Under the pieces are notes generated by a model. That model was given only the letters and a program-made list of their open reading frames with translations, was not told the DNA's origin and did not search any database. The translations under genes were made by a program, and so were the position numbers. This document shows, piece by piece, positions 50,011 through 59,980 of a stretch of 64,000 bases of DNA. Source of the stretch: Acidobacteriota bacterium (GTDB lineage: Bacteria; Acidobacteriota; JAAYUB01); assembly GCA_016935015.1 (NCBI GenBank), contig JAFGRT010000018.1:22693-86692 (forward strand). The letters are read 5' to 3'. Positions within the stretch are counted from its first letter, which is position 1; every line of letters starts with the position of its first letter.

Positions 50011-50787
50011 ATGAAGGGCTATATCATTTGTCTGGTTTTTGTGTTCCTTGTGGGCTGGGTTGCCGACGCAGCGGCCGAGGAGAAATCTGCGGCCCGCCAG
50101 GAGGAAACCCTCTTTCCGGAGTGCCCGGTCCCGGAGATGAAGGAAAACGACGATTTTTTCAAGGTCAATCCCAGTCTCCGTGAACAATATTACGAATACC
50201 ACCGCTCGCTGGCCAGACTGGACAAAGATATTTATGGCGTGAACGGCGGCGTTTTCAATACCAGCGTCAACTACATTGTCCTGGCCGCCAAATTCCGCCT
50301 GTTCGTGGAGGATTTTTTAAATAACAACCGGAAATTGCTGCATCATGCGCGTCGTTTGTACCGGGAGCTCCAGGAGCCGTCCCGGGACATGCGGCGGACT
50401 GCCTATCGCGACATGTTCAAGGAAGTCCAGAAATATGCCAGTCGCCTCGCCGGGAAAGTCGATTTCCTGATCCCCGGCTCCTTGGCCAAGGCCCGGGATG
50501 GCGCACTCGAAGACAATTTTAAGAAAGAAATCCGCTCCCAATCCACCGCCGCCCTGATCGGATTACTCTTTTTGCGGATGGAAACTCTGCAAGACGAAAT
50601 CGGCCATTTTTTCTTTCCGGATCGTTTCACTGTCAGCTATGAAGAACTGAACGGCCAGAGCACCCCACTGCATCCGCTGAATGAAATCGCGTTTCTGGCC
50701 GAGGAACTGGCCAATCGCTTTCCCGAAAGAGGCCTGCCGGAGGACCTGGCCGCGCCCCCCTGGTTGTCGCAAAATTCCCACGACTAG
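50011..50787 (+). CDS. Hypothetical secreted protein
   Basis: Signal-like MKGYIICLVFVFLVGWVADAAA; no recognisable domain. Confidence 0.4.
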   Translation: MKGYIICLVFVFLVGWVADAAAEEKSAARQEETLFPECPVPEMKENDDFFKVNPSLREQYYEYHRSLARLDKDIYGVNGGVFNTSVNYIVLAAKFRLFVEDFLNNNRKLLHHARRLYRELQEPSRDMRRTAYRDMFKEVQKYASRLAGKVDFLIPGSLAKARDGALEDNFKKEIRSQSTAALIGLLFLRMETLQDEIGHFFFPDRFTVSYEELNGQSTPLHPLNEIAFLAEELANRFPERGLPEDLAAPPWLSQNSHD

Positions 50788-50916
50788 CCGTCCGGCGTGT
50801 AACCGACGCCGTCATTTTCCTTTCCCGCAGACCCCGGATTTTCCCGCACCGCCGCCCGGTACATCGATGAGGGGTCAAAGTCATCGCAACACTGCCGCCG
50901 CCGTCCACGTAAGATC

Positions 50917-53382
50917 ATGGAGTGCCGCAATGACCCCTCGGGGAAATCCTTCACGGAAAGGAATCCGGATATCTTCCAGCACCTTCTGAAACTCTTTGTT
51001 CGCTCCGTCCGCGCCAATCCGGTCGTCAACATGGCCAACCTCATCGGACTGGCAGCCGGCCTCGCCACCTGCATGATGATCATGATCTTTCTGCACCATG
51101 AGTTCCGCTACGACGCCTTTCAGCCCAATGCGCATCGTCTGGTGCGCATCAACACATTCCAGCAGGTGGGCGGCGGACAGGCCATCCGGATTCCCACCGC
51201 ATCCTATCCGGTGGCGGAGGGACTGGCCGCTGAAATTCCGGCGGTGGAGAACTTCACCCGGTTTGTCCTCTCTGGCGCCCGTCGGCCCGTGTATGTCCGG
51301 GACAAGATCTTCTTCGAGGAGCATCTGGTCTGGGCCGAAGCCTCCGTATTCGCCGTCTTTCATTACCCGTTGCGGCAAGGCAATCCCGCCACGGCCCTGG
51401 CTGCCCGCAACAGCGTCGTCCTGGCCGAGTCCACCGCCCGAAAATATTTCGGTGATGAAAACCCGTTGGGGCAGAATATCCGGCTGGGACAGGACGAGGT
51501 CTATCAGGTGACGGGGGTGATGGTCGACATCCCCCAGCCGTCTCACCTGCCGTCGCACCCCATGCTGCTGTCCATGAAAACCCGGTCTATCGACGGCGCC
51601 GAGTACTGGGTGGGCCGCTCCAATATCGCCAGCTACCTTCTTCTGCGCGAAGGCGCACACCTGGCAGATGTCCAGCGTCTGGCCGACGAGATCTACCTCA
51701 ATCACGCCCGGGAGATCATGGCCGCGGTCAACGCCGACTGCCGCATCACCTTGCAGCCGCTGACAGAGATCCATTTCGACACCACCTTCGACTTCACCTT
51801 CGACTATCAGCCGGCCATTTCCTACCAGAAGATCCTGGTATTTTCCCTGCTCGCCGTCTTTATCCTGGTCATCGCCGCTATCGGCTTCATCAACATGACC
51901 ACCGCCCGCAGCGGCGAGCGGGCACGGCAGGTTGGCATCTGCAAAGCCGTGGGCGCGTCACGGCGCTGGCTGATTGTCCGCTTCCTGGGGGAGTCGGTCA
52001 TTACCGCCCTGGTGGCCATGGTGGTGGCCCTGGTGCTGGTGCAGCTCCTCCTGCCCACGTTCAGCGGCTTCGTCAGCCGCGAGCTGTCTTTCGGGCTGAC
52101 CCGGGACCTGAATCTGGCGGGCATCTTTCTGCTGCTGGCTCTGGGGGTGGGACTGCTGGCGGGAATCTATCCGGCCTTCGTGCTCTCCTCGTTCGCTGCG
52201 GGAGAAACCATGCGCGGCAATGTCATCCCCGGCACCCGCCGGGCGCGGCTTCGCTCCGCCCTCATCGTCTTGCAGTTCGCCATCTCCATCCTGCTGGTGA
52301 TCTGCACCCTGACCGTCAATCATCAGTTGCGCTACATGAGCGATACGAATCCCGGCTTTTATCGCGATCAGATCGTCCTGTTCGACACTTTCCCCGAAAT
52401 GACCCTCGACGACTGCCGGCGGCTCCGCCAGGAAGCGCTGAAGCATCCGGGAATCGAGGCGGCCACCCTGTCCTATTACCTGCCCACCATGGGCCAGATG
52501 GAATACACGTACCGCGTCCCCGAGGCGGCCAACACCGAGATGCTGATGGCGCGGCAGCTGGCGGTGGATGAGCACTTCATCGACACCATGGGCCTTAAAC
52601 TTCTGGCCGGTCGTGATTTCCGCGCCAACCTGGCGGAAGACATCAATAAGTCCATCATCATCAACGAGACAGCGGCGCGGGTGCTGGGCTGGAAAGAGCC
52701 GGTGGGCCGACAGCTCGACGCCAATCCCAGCAAGGGTCCGGAGAATTTTCAGCCGGTCACCATCGTGGGCGTGGTGCAGGACATCCATTTCGAATCACTG
52801 CATCACGACATTCAGCCCATGGTGCTGGCCCCGGTCAGCATGCGGCCGGCCAGGATTGCCGTACGCATCCAGCCGGGGAACACGGCCGGGGCCATTGCTT
52901 TCCTCCGCAAGCTGTGGACGAAAAATTTCCCCCAGTTCCCGTTCGTCTACCAGTTTCTCAACGAAAACTTCGAAAAGATGTACGACAATGAAATCCGGCT
53001 GGGCCGCCTGTTCACGTTCTTCACCGGACTGGCCATCGTCATCTCCTGCATCGGCCTTCTCGCCCTCATCGTCTACGCCACCGAACGGCGCACCCGGGAA
53101 ATCAGCATCCGCAAGGTGCTTGGCGCTTCCCCCTCCAGCCTGCTTTACCTGCTGTCCCGCGATTACCTGCGCCTGGTGCTGGCGGCAAATCTGCTGGCCT
53201 GGCCGCTGGCCCTCTGGGCGCTGCTGCGCTGGCTGGACGATTTTGCCTACCGCGCCCCCTTCCCGTGGTGGCTCTACCCATTGGCCGGGCTGATCGCCCT
53301 GCTGCTGGCGCTGGCCACCGCCAGCCTGATCACCTGGAAGACCTGCCGTCTGAATCCGGCCGACGCATTGCGGGAAGAATAA
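50917..53382 (+). CDS. MacB/FtsX-like ABC transporter permease with two FtsX domains (orphan: no adjacent ATPase)
   Basis: 821 aa. An N-terminal TM precedes a large periplasmic domain, 3 TM and a second FtsX half. The true start may be a non-ATG codon slightly downstream of 50917. Confidence 0.75.
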   Translation: MECRNDPSGKSFTERNPDIFQHLLKLFVRSVRANPVVNMANLIGLAAGLATCMMIMIFLHHEFRYDAFQPNAHRLVRINTFQQVGGGQAIRIPTASYPVAEGLAAEIPAVENFTRFVLSGARRPVYVRDKIFFEEHLVWAEASVFAVFHYPLRQGNPATALAARNSVVLAESTARKYFGDENPLGQNIRLGQDEVYQVTGVMVDIPQPSHLPSHPMLLSMKTRSIDGAEYWVGRSNIASYLLLREGAHLADVQRLADEIYLNHAREIMAAVNADCRITLQPLTEIHFDTTFDFTFDYQPAISYQKILVFSLLAVFILVIAAIGFINMTTARSGERARQVGICKAVGASRRWLIVRFLGESVITALVAMVVALVLVQLLLPTFSGFVSRELSFGLTRDLNLAGIFLLLALGVGLLAGIYPAFVLSSFAAGETMRGNVIPGTRRARLRSALIVLQFAISILLVICTLTVNHQLRYMSDTNPGFYRDQIVLFDTFPEMTLDDCRRLRQEALKHPGIEAATLSYYLPTMGQMEYTYRVPEAANTEMLMARQLAVDEHFIDTMGLKLLAGRDFRANLAEDINKSIIINETAARVLGWKEPVGRQLDANPSKGPENFQPVTIVGVVQDIHFESLHHDIQPMVLAPVSMRPARIAVRIQPGNTAGAIAFLRKLWTKNFPQFPFVYQFLNENFEKMYDNEIRLGRLFTFFTGLAIVISCIGLLALIVYATERRTREISIRKVLGASPSSLLYLLSRDYLRLVLAANLLAWPLALWALLRWLDDFAYRAPFPWWLYPLAGLIALLLALATASLITWKTCRLNPADALREE

Positions 53383-53511
53383 GTAAATCCACCGCTTGCC
53401 ACTCTTCACCTGTCTGCATCCGGTGCCTCCTCGCCGGGGGAGATTGACTCACCGCGGCGGCGGGTGTATACTTCGACACGACAAATCGACTGACCCGAGA
53501 TCCTTGCCAAC

Positions 53512-54909
53512 ATGGCCGATTATCAAATCATCACGGAAACGGATATCGCCGCGCTTCGCCGTCTCGTCGGGGACGGATATGTCAGCCGCGGCGAATCCCA
53601 CCGGGAACTCCACGCCCATGACGAGTCCTTCCATGAAACGCACCGCCCCGACGTGGTGGTCTGGCCCCATTCCACCGCCGACGTGCAGGCCGTCGTCCGC
53701 CTGGCGGCGGAACGGCGCTGGCCGGTGACCCCGTGGGGCGCGGGCAGCAGCCTGGAGGGGAATCCCATCCCCGTATCCGGCGGCATTGTCCTGGATATGC
53801 AGGAGATGAACCGGATCCTGGACATCCGTGAAACGGACTTCCAGGTGGATGTCCAGGCCGGTGTCATTTACAAGGAACTGAACCAGCGTCTCCAGCGGCA
53901 GGGCCTGTTTTTCCCGCCCGACCCGGGGGCGTCCGCCACCGTGGGCGGCATGATCGCCAACAACGCCAGCGGAATCCGCACCGTCAAATACGGCCCCACC
54001 AAGGACTACGTGCAGCGCCTCACCGTGGTGCTGGCCGACGGGCGGGTGATCCCCATCGGCAATCGGGCGCGGAAGAGTTCCTCCGGTTACGACCTTTGCC
54101 GGCTGTTCACCGGATCGGAGGGCACACTGGGCATCGTGACCGAAGCCACTCTCCGGCTGGTGGGCCTGCCCGAGAAGGTAATGGCGGTGCGGGCCGCCTT
54201 TCCGGCGGTGGAGAACGCCTCACAGACCGTCTTCGAGGTCATGTCCTCGGGCCTGACGCCGTCGGCCATGGAGTTTCTGGACGGTGCCGTGATGGGCGTT
54301 CTCAATCGCGACCGCGGACTCGATCTGGAGGAAAAGCCCACCCTGCTCATGGAATTCCACGGTTTCAGCGAGCAGGGGCTGCAGGCCGAACTGGAGCTGG
54401 TGGAAGACATCTGCCGCGCCAACGGCTGCGTGGTGCTGGACCGGGGCATCGGCCCCGATGAGCGCCACCGCCTGTGGGAGATGCGCCACCTGACGGTGGA
54501 ATCCATCAAGCGGGTTCACCCCGCTCTGCACTTGCTCATCATGGACGTGGCCGTGCCCCTGTCGCGTTACAGCGACATGGTCACCTTCATCGAGGAAGAA
54601 ACCCGCGGCTTCACGGCCTACGTCTTCGGGCACGCCGGCGACGGCAACATCCACGTGGTGGTTATGGACGATCACCACGCGCCCGACCGCTGGTGCCGGG
54701 TGCAGGACCTGAACCGGCGTATCGTCCTGCAGGCGCTGGAGTACGAGGGCACCTGCACCGGCGAGCACGGCATCGGCATCGGCAAGCGGGAATTCATGAG
54801 ACGGGAGCATGGCCCCGGCCTGGACCTGATGCGCGACCTGAAGTCCCTGCTGGATCCGCAGGGCATCCTCAATCCCGGCAAAATCTTTCCCCCGGCCGCC
54901 GAAGAATGA
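53512..54909 (+). CDS. FAD-linked oxidase (GlcD / D-lactate dehydrogenase family)
   Basis: FAD-binding PCMH domain (VVWPHSTADVQAVVRLAAERRWPVTPWGAGSSLEGN) plus C-terminal oxidase domain. Confidence 0.85.
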   Translation: MADYQIITETDIAALRRLVGDGYVSRGESHRELHAHDESFHETHRPDVVVWPHSTADVQAVVRLAAERRWPVTPWGAGSSLEGNPIPVSGGIVLDMQEMNRILDIRETDFQVDVQAGVIYKELNQRLQRQGLFFPPDPGASATVGGMIANNASGIRTVKYGPTKDYVQRLTVVLADGRVIPIGNRARKSSSGYDLCRLFTGSEGTLGIVTEATLRLVGLPEKVMAVRAAFPAVENASQTVFEVMSSGLTPSAMEFLDGAVMGVLNRDRGLDLEEKPTLLMEFHGFSEQGLQAELELVEDICRANGCVVLDRGIGPDERHRLWEMRHLTVESIKRVHPALHLLIMDVAVPLSRYSDMVTFIEEETRGFTAYVFGHAGDGNIHVVVMDDHHAPDRWCRVQDLNRRIVLQALEYEGTCTGEHGIGIGKREFMRREHGPGLDLMRDLKSLLDPQGILNPGKIFPPAAEE

Positions 54910-54937
54910 TCCTGCCTCGCCATGTCGACAGCATCCT

Positions 54938-55168
54938 CTACTGTTGAGTCAGCAGCGACGCGATGCGGCGGGCCACCATGCCGGCCGCCCCGTCGTAATT
55001 GGCCAGCACCACCACCGTATAGCCTTTGTCCCAGAACATCTGCAGGCTGGCGGTTCTGGAACCATTACTCTCCTCCCTGCAGGGCCAGAACGAAGAGGAC
55101 TGTTTCAGGAGCCAGCAATGGACGAACATGCCTTTCCGCAAGCCTTCCTGTCTCCAGCGCCTGTACAC
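54938..55168 (-). pseudogene. Possible C-terminal remnant of a class-C beta-lactamase-family serine hydrolase
   Basis: The ORF ends ...MFWDKGYTVVVLANYDGAAGMVARRIASLLTQQ*. This resembles AmpC-family C-termini (...VMLANKNYPNPARV..ILNAL). No upstream catalytic domain is present. Confidence 0.25.
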
Positions 55169-55349
55169 GCAATTGTATGATAAGGAATACCTGACTTTTT
55201 AAGGCATTTGTCACGCGCCGGAGGCAGACTCCTGCCGGAAGATCATCTCCGCCGTCCCCCACTGAAAACGGCGGAGGATTTATCCATGGCCGGCGTCTGT
55301 TTCTGGTATAGTAGAACGTACCCTGACATGAGGAGGCCCTGATCTGCCC

Positions 55350-55673
55350 ATGCCTGGCCTTCGCGCCCGTTGCCGCTGTCTGGCCGGTCTGCTGGCCGTC
55401 TGGCTGGTTCTGGCTCTGGCGGATATTCTTCGTCCTCCGGCGGACCAGTTCCTGGGCGAGATCTATGTCCGCTGGATCGTTATTTATCAGGATCATCTGG
55501 AAACCGTGGCCCCCTTGCCGGCACGATGTCGATTCATTCCCACCTGTTCCGAATATTCCCTGCTGGCCGTGCGGCGTCACGGATTGGCCAAAGGGCTGCA
55601 CCTGACGGTCCGCCGCCTGCTGGCCTGTCATTCCGCGCCGGGATACGATATACCGGATCCCGTGCCGCCCTGA
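55350..55673 (+). CDS. yidD: Membrane protein insertion efficiency factor YidD
   Basis: Motif CRFIPTCSEYSLLAVRRHGLAKGLHLTVRRLLACHSAPGYDIPDPV is the YidD signature. Confidence 0.8.
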   Translation: MPGLRARCRCLAGLLAVWLVLALADILRPPADQFLGEIYVRWIVIYQDHLETVAPLPARCRFIPTCSEYSLLAVRRHGLAKGLHLTVRRLLACHSAPGYDIPDPVPP

Positions 55674-55839
55674 TCCACCGGTCGCCGTGCGTCCTGGCCG
55701 CACTGGCCACCCTCCGCCCGCGCGCGGCCCCTCCGCCAATGACCGCGGCGGAAAGTGGTTTCCGCCACCGTTCATTTCTGCTAGAATGCCTGCGTCCGCC
55801 CCTTGCCGGGGCTTGAATCTTCGCAGGAGGAAGGCGTCC

Positions 55840-57237
55840 ATGAAAGAATATGATGTCGTGGTCATCGGCAGTGGCCCCGGAGGATATGTCGCCGCCATCA
55901 AGTCCGCCCAGTTGGGCCTGGAGACAGCCCTCATCGAAAAGGACGACTCCTATGGCGGGACCTGTCTCAACGTCGGCTGCATCCCCACCAAGGTCATGAT
56001 CCACAGCTCGGAACTATACGATAACATGAACCATATCCGGGAGCATGGGGTCGTGGTGGAGAACGTTCACTTTGATATGGATCTGCTGCATAAGCGGAAA
56101 AAAAAGATCGTCACCAAGCTGACCAAGGGCGTCGCCTATCTGCTCAAGAAAAACAAGGTGACCACCTATCAGGGGCGGGGATCCTTCGTGGATCCGCACA
56201 CCATCGCCATCATGCCCGGCGAGGGTGACACGGAAGAGATCAAGGCGCGGCATGTCATCATTGCCACCGGGTCCGTGCCCAAAGAATTGCCGCACATCAA
56301 ATTCGACGGCGAGCGGATTCTCAACAGTACCCATATGCTGGATCTGCCTGAGCCACCGAAAAGTCTGGCCGTCATCGGCGCCGGGGCGGTGGGGGTGGAA
56401 TTCGCCTCCATCTATGCCTTTCTCGGCAGCCAGGTGACCCTCATCGAGATGCTGCCTCACCTCCTGCCGCTGGAAGACGAGGAGATCAGCCTGGAACTGG
56501 AGAAAGCGTTCAAGAAACGAAGGATCGATTATCATCTCAACTCCGTGGTGAAGGAAGTGCGGCCCGGCGATGACGGCATGATCCTCGTCGTCAAGGACAA
56601 GGAGGGGAATGTCCGGGAATTGCAGATGGACAAGGTTCTCCTGGCTGTTGGGCGGGCCCCCTATACCGACGGTTTGTCCCTGGAGTACGCCGGCCTGAAA
56701 CCCGAGAAAGGGTTCATTCCCGTAGACGAGCTCTGTCGGACGGAAGTGGAACATATTTTCGCCATCGGTGATGTGGTGGCGACGCCGCAGCTGGCCCATC
56801 TGGCTTCGGCCGAGGGGATCATGGTCGCCAAAATCATCGCCGGCCAGGCGATTCATCCCGTCAACTACTCCACCGTTCCGGCCTGCACATACTCCTTCCC
56901 CCAGGTGGGCTCCACCGGTTTGTCGGAGAAGGCCGCCCGGGAGAAGGGCCATGACGTGAAGATCGGCAAATTTCCCTTTTCCGCCATCGGCAAGGCGATG
57001 ATCGAGAATTCCACCGACGGCTTCATCAAGATCGTCACTGATGCCAAACTGGGTGAAGTCCTGGGCGTGCATATCATCGGCGCTATCGCCACCGAGCACA
57101 TCTCCGAAATGGTGCTGGCCATCAACCTCGAGTGCACCGCCGAGGAACTTGCCCTGGCCATCCATCCACATCCGACCATTTCCGAGGCGCTGATGGAAGC
57201 TGCCCACGCCGCCCATGACCTGGCGATCCATATCTGA
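55840..57237 (+). CDS. lpdA: Dihydrolipoyl dehydrogenase
   Basis: Start MKEYDVVVIGSGPGGY with GGAGG RBS. Redox-active disulfide GGTCLNVGCIPTK. C-terminal HPHPTISE. Confidence 0.9.
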   Translation: MKEYDVVVIGSGPGGYVAAIKSAQLGLETALIEKDDSYGGTCLNVGCIPTKVMIHSSELYDNMNHIREHGVVVENVHFDMDLLHKRKKKIVTKLTKGVAYLLKKNKVTTYQGRGSFVDPHTIAIMPGEGDTEEIKARHVIIATGSVPKELPHIKFDGERILNSTHMLDLPEPPKSLAVIGAGAVGVEFASIYAFLGSQVTLIEMLPHLLPLEDEEISLELEKAFKKRRIDYHLNSVVKEVRPGDDGMILVVKDKEGNVRELQMDKVLLAVGRAPYTDGLSLEYAGLKPEKGFIPVDELCRTEVEHIFAIGDVVATPQLAHLASAEGIMVAKIIAGQAIHPVNYSTVPACTYSFPQVGSTGLSEKAAREKGHDVKIGKFPFSAIGKAMIENSTDGFIKIVTDAKLGEVLGVHIIGAIATEHISEMVLAINLECTAEELALAIHPHPTISEALMEAAHAAHDLAIHI

Positions 57238-57345
57238 GAAACGGCCGGCCCGACGACACACTCCCGTCACGGCCGCTGAAGGATGAGGCCCGCGGCGCCG
57301 GACCGGCCGGCACGGGCCGCCGCCAGCCTGTGACCCGGTGCGGAT

Positions 57346-57361
57346 CCGGATTCGAATCCGG
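57346..57361. repeat. Perfect 16-bp palindrome CCGGATTCGAATCCGG, 29 nt upstream of the radical SAM gene start
   Basis: Read directly from the sequence; candidate operator or RNA hairpin. Confidence 0.5.
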
Positions 57362-57389
57362 GGTTGCGAACTACGCGGAACCTTTCATC

Positions 57390-58769
57390 ATGAAGATACT
57401 GCTGGTCAAACCGTATTCCCGCTTCCCAACGCGCATGCCCCACCTCGGATTGGGCTATCTGGCCACAGCTTTGCGCCGACAGCAACACGACGTGGATATC
57501 GCCGACTGTCCCCGGGAGAACCTGGACCGCCGCCGCCTGCAACAGCGAGCCCTCCTTTTTTCACCCGACGTCCTCGGCATCTCCGCGTTCTCTTCGGATC
57601 TGACCGCCGTGCGCCAAATAGCCGCCGATTTTCGCCGATCCTTTCCCCAGATCACCCTGGTGCTGGGCGGTGCGCACGCCAGCGCCCTGCCCGAACACTG
57701 CTTCACTTTTCTGCCGGAACTCGATTTCGTCCTGCGCGGCGAGGCCGAACACGGGCTGCCGCCACTAGTCCGCCGCCTGCAGGAAGGGGGCACCGACTGG
57801 GAAAACGTTCCCGGCCTCGCCTTCCGCAAAGACGAACGCATCATCGTCACCTCGCCCCGTCTGGAACAGGACCTGGATTCGCTGGGGTTTCCTGCCTGGG
57901 ACCTGCTCAGACCCGATATCCAGACCCTGGCTCCTCACGGGGCTTTCGTGCAGCGACTCCCGGTGGTGCCCATCATCACAACCCGTGGCTGCCCGTTCCC
58001 CTGCACCTTCTGCGCGGCCCGCTGCATCAGCGGCCGGACCATCCGCCACCGTTCCCTGGAGAACATTTTCGAGGAAATCGACTACCTCGTGACGCACTAC
58101 GGCGTGCGTGAGATCCATATCGAGGATGATAATTTCACTTTTCGGCGGGAATTCGCCCTCGGATTCTGCGAGGAGCTCCTCCGGCGGGGTCATGATCTGA
58201 GCTGGTGCTGTCCCAACGGCGTCCGCCTGGATACGCTGGACCGCGAACTCCTGACCATGATGAAACGCGCCGGCTGCTATTCCCTATCCCTGGGCATCGA
58301 GGCCGGCACCGATCACATCCTGCAGCAAATTCGCAAGGGCCTGACCACCGAACAGATCACCCGCCAGGTGGCCCTGATCGCCGCGGCCGGTATCAAAACC
58401 ACCGGCTTTTTCATGATTGGCTTTCCCGGCGAGACCCGGGCGGATATCCGGGCCACCCTGCGTTTCGCCCGGCATTTACCGCTGGATCGGGCCCAGTTCT
58501 CCACGTTTCTGCCCTTGCCCGGTACCGATTATTTCGAGGATTACCTCCGCGCGTGCCCCCTTGAGGACGTTCCCTGGGACAAGTTTTTCACCACCGAGGT
58601 TGTCTGGCCGCCGGCGGGAATCTCCCCTCGTGACATGGCGCGCTTCCAGCGCCGGGCCTTCCTGGGATTCTATCTGCGACCGGCTATCCTGGCCGGCCTG
58701 GCCCGAGAAATCCGTTCGCCGCGTCAGATCAGCCGCCTTTTTCAAAGGGCCTGGGAAATCTTCAAGTAA
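57390..58769 (+). CDS. B12-binding-domain radical SAM protein
   Basis: N-terminal cobalamin-binding-like domain (MKILLVKPY...LGLGYLATAL). Radical SAM motif CPFPCTFC (Cx3Cx2C). Confidence 0.85.
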   Translation: MKILLVKPYSRFPTRMPHLGLGYLATALRRQQHDVDIADCPRENLDRRRLQQRALLFSPDVLGISAFSSDLTAVRQIAADFRRSFPQITLVLGGAHASALPEHCFTFLPELDFVLRGEAEHGLPPLVRRLQEGGTDWENVPGLAFRKDERIIVTSPRLEQDLDSLGFPAWDLLRPDIQTLAPHGAFVQRLPVVPIITTRGCPFPCTFCAARCISGRTIRHRSLENIFEEIDYLVTHYGVREIHIEDDNFTFRREFALGFCEELLRRGHDLSWCCPNGVRLDTLDRELLTMMKRAGCYSLSLGIEAGTDHILQQIRKGLTTEQITRQVALIAAAGIKTTGFFMIGFPGETRADIRATLRFARHLPLDRAQFSTFLPLPGTDYFEDYLRACPLEDVPWDKFFTTEVVWPPAGISPRDMARFQRRAFLGFYLRPAILAGLAREIRSPRQISRLFQRAWEIFK

Positions 58770-58920
58770 TTCATTGCCTTGACGTAAACCACTGTTTATA
58801 ATAAATGCACTAATTGTCGAAACACCGTTCCAGGTCCGTGTATCTCCGTAGCGTTGAAATGGCCCCCAGCGGGAAGGGGGCGGGTTTCCGACAGCAAGCC
58901 GATCCGATGGACGGAGTCGA

Positions 58921-59316
58921 TTGATGACAGAAAGAAGAAAATTCGTCCGTTTCTCCAAGAAGGGGCTTCTCACCTACCGGATTTTGCAATTGCCCAAGGG
59001 GCTGATTCGGGATGAAGCCGGTTTCTATACCAATATCTCGGGGGGCGGACTGCTTTTCGAGTCGACCGCCCCTCTTGCCGTCCCGACGATGCTCAAACTG
59101 GAGATCGATCTCCACGATTGGGCCCATCGTTTAAACGATAAAGCCGGACCCGCCTACGAAAACCAGCCGCTGAAAATATTGGGCGAAGTGGTTCATTGCC
59201 AGGAACTTGTGCCGAACCATACGTACACAATCGGTGTCAAATTTGTCGGCCTTGATCCCAAGTACCAGAAGGCCGTGATTCAGTACCTGGAAAATTCGAT
59301 GAAAAAAGATGATTAA
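58921..59316 (+). CDS. PilZ-domain (c-di-GMP-binding) protein
   Basis: RRKFVR...NISGGGLLF matches the PilZ RxxxR / DxSxxG signature. 131 aa. A TATAAT lies upstream at 58797-58802. Confidence 0.65.
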   Translation: MMTERRKFVRFSKKGLLTYRILQLPKGLIRDEAGFYTNISGGGLLFESTAPLAVPTMLKLEIDLHDWAHRLNDKAGPAYENQPLKILGEVVHCQELVPNHTYTIGVKFVGLDPKYQKAVIQYLENSMKKDD

Positions 59317-59980
59317 AGCACTCGTATTCGACCTCGACGACACCTTATATCCCTCCGATGATTACGTGGAGAGCGGCTTTCGCGCCGTCGCCCGGTATGC
59401 CGGCGAAAAATACGGCATCGATCCCGAACATGCCTACGCCTATATGAAAATACTGTACACCCGCTACGGCGAGCGGGAAGTGTTCTCCCGCACGGTGTGT
59501 TACTTTGACCTGGATACCTCCTCCATCATTGAGTTGACCTCCGTATTCCGGAATCATGCCCCCGTGATCTCCCTCTACCAAAACTATCGTCGTATCCTGG
59601 AAGATCTGGGCACGGTTTTCAGTCTGGCCATTCTGGCCGACGGTGATCCCGAAGTGCAGGAACGAAAGCTGAAAGCTCTACGCATTCGCAAATTATTCAA
59701 AAACATCATATTCACCGGCAAATTCGACGAAGGCAAATGGAAGCCGAATCCCTTTTGTTTCAATCTGATGGCCCGCGTGCTCCGCCTGCCGCCCCATGAA
59801 CTGGTTTACGTCGCCGACAATCCGCTGACCGACTTTCTGGGTGCCAAGAAGGCCGGCTACTATACCTTGCGGGTATTGACGGGCCCCATGGCCGCCAAGA
59901 AAGTCCCCATGGAATTCGAAGCTCATTTCCGTATCCGGGACATCACAAAAATCCACGAGTGCCTGGATGAACAATTTTGA
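59309..59980 (+). CDS. HAD-superfamily hydrolase
   Basis: Motif I LVFDLDDTLY plus downstream HAD motifs. It overlaps the PilZ stop and the GNAT start (operon). Confidence 0.7.
   Translation: MIKALVFDLDDTLYPSDDYVESGFRAVARYAGEKYGIDPEHAYAYMKILYTRYGEREVFSRTVCYFDLDTSSIIELTSVFRNHAPVISLYQNYRRILEDLGTVFSLAILADGDPEVQERKLKALRIRKLFKNIIFTGKFDEGKWKPNPFCFNLMARVLRLPPHELVYVADNPLTDFLGAKKAGYYTLRVLTGPMAAKKVPMEFEAHFRIRDITKIHECLDEQF

Noticed and set aside
50881-52788. Minus-strand ORFs 50881..51774 and 51958..52788
   Set aside because: They are antisense to the FtsX/MacB-like permease gene.
57340-57362. tRNA-like T-arm (GGATTCGAATCC) suggesting a tRNA gene
   Set aside because: No acceptor, D or anticodon stems can be formed from the flanking sequence. 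It is interpreted as a simple palindrome/operator.
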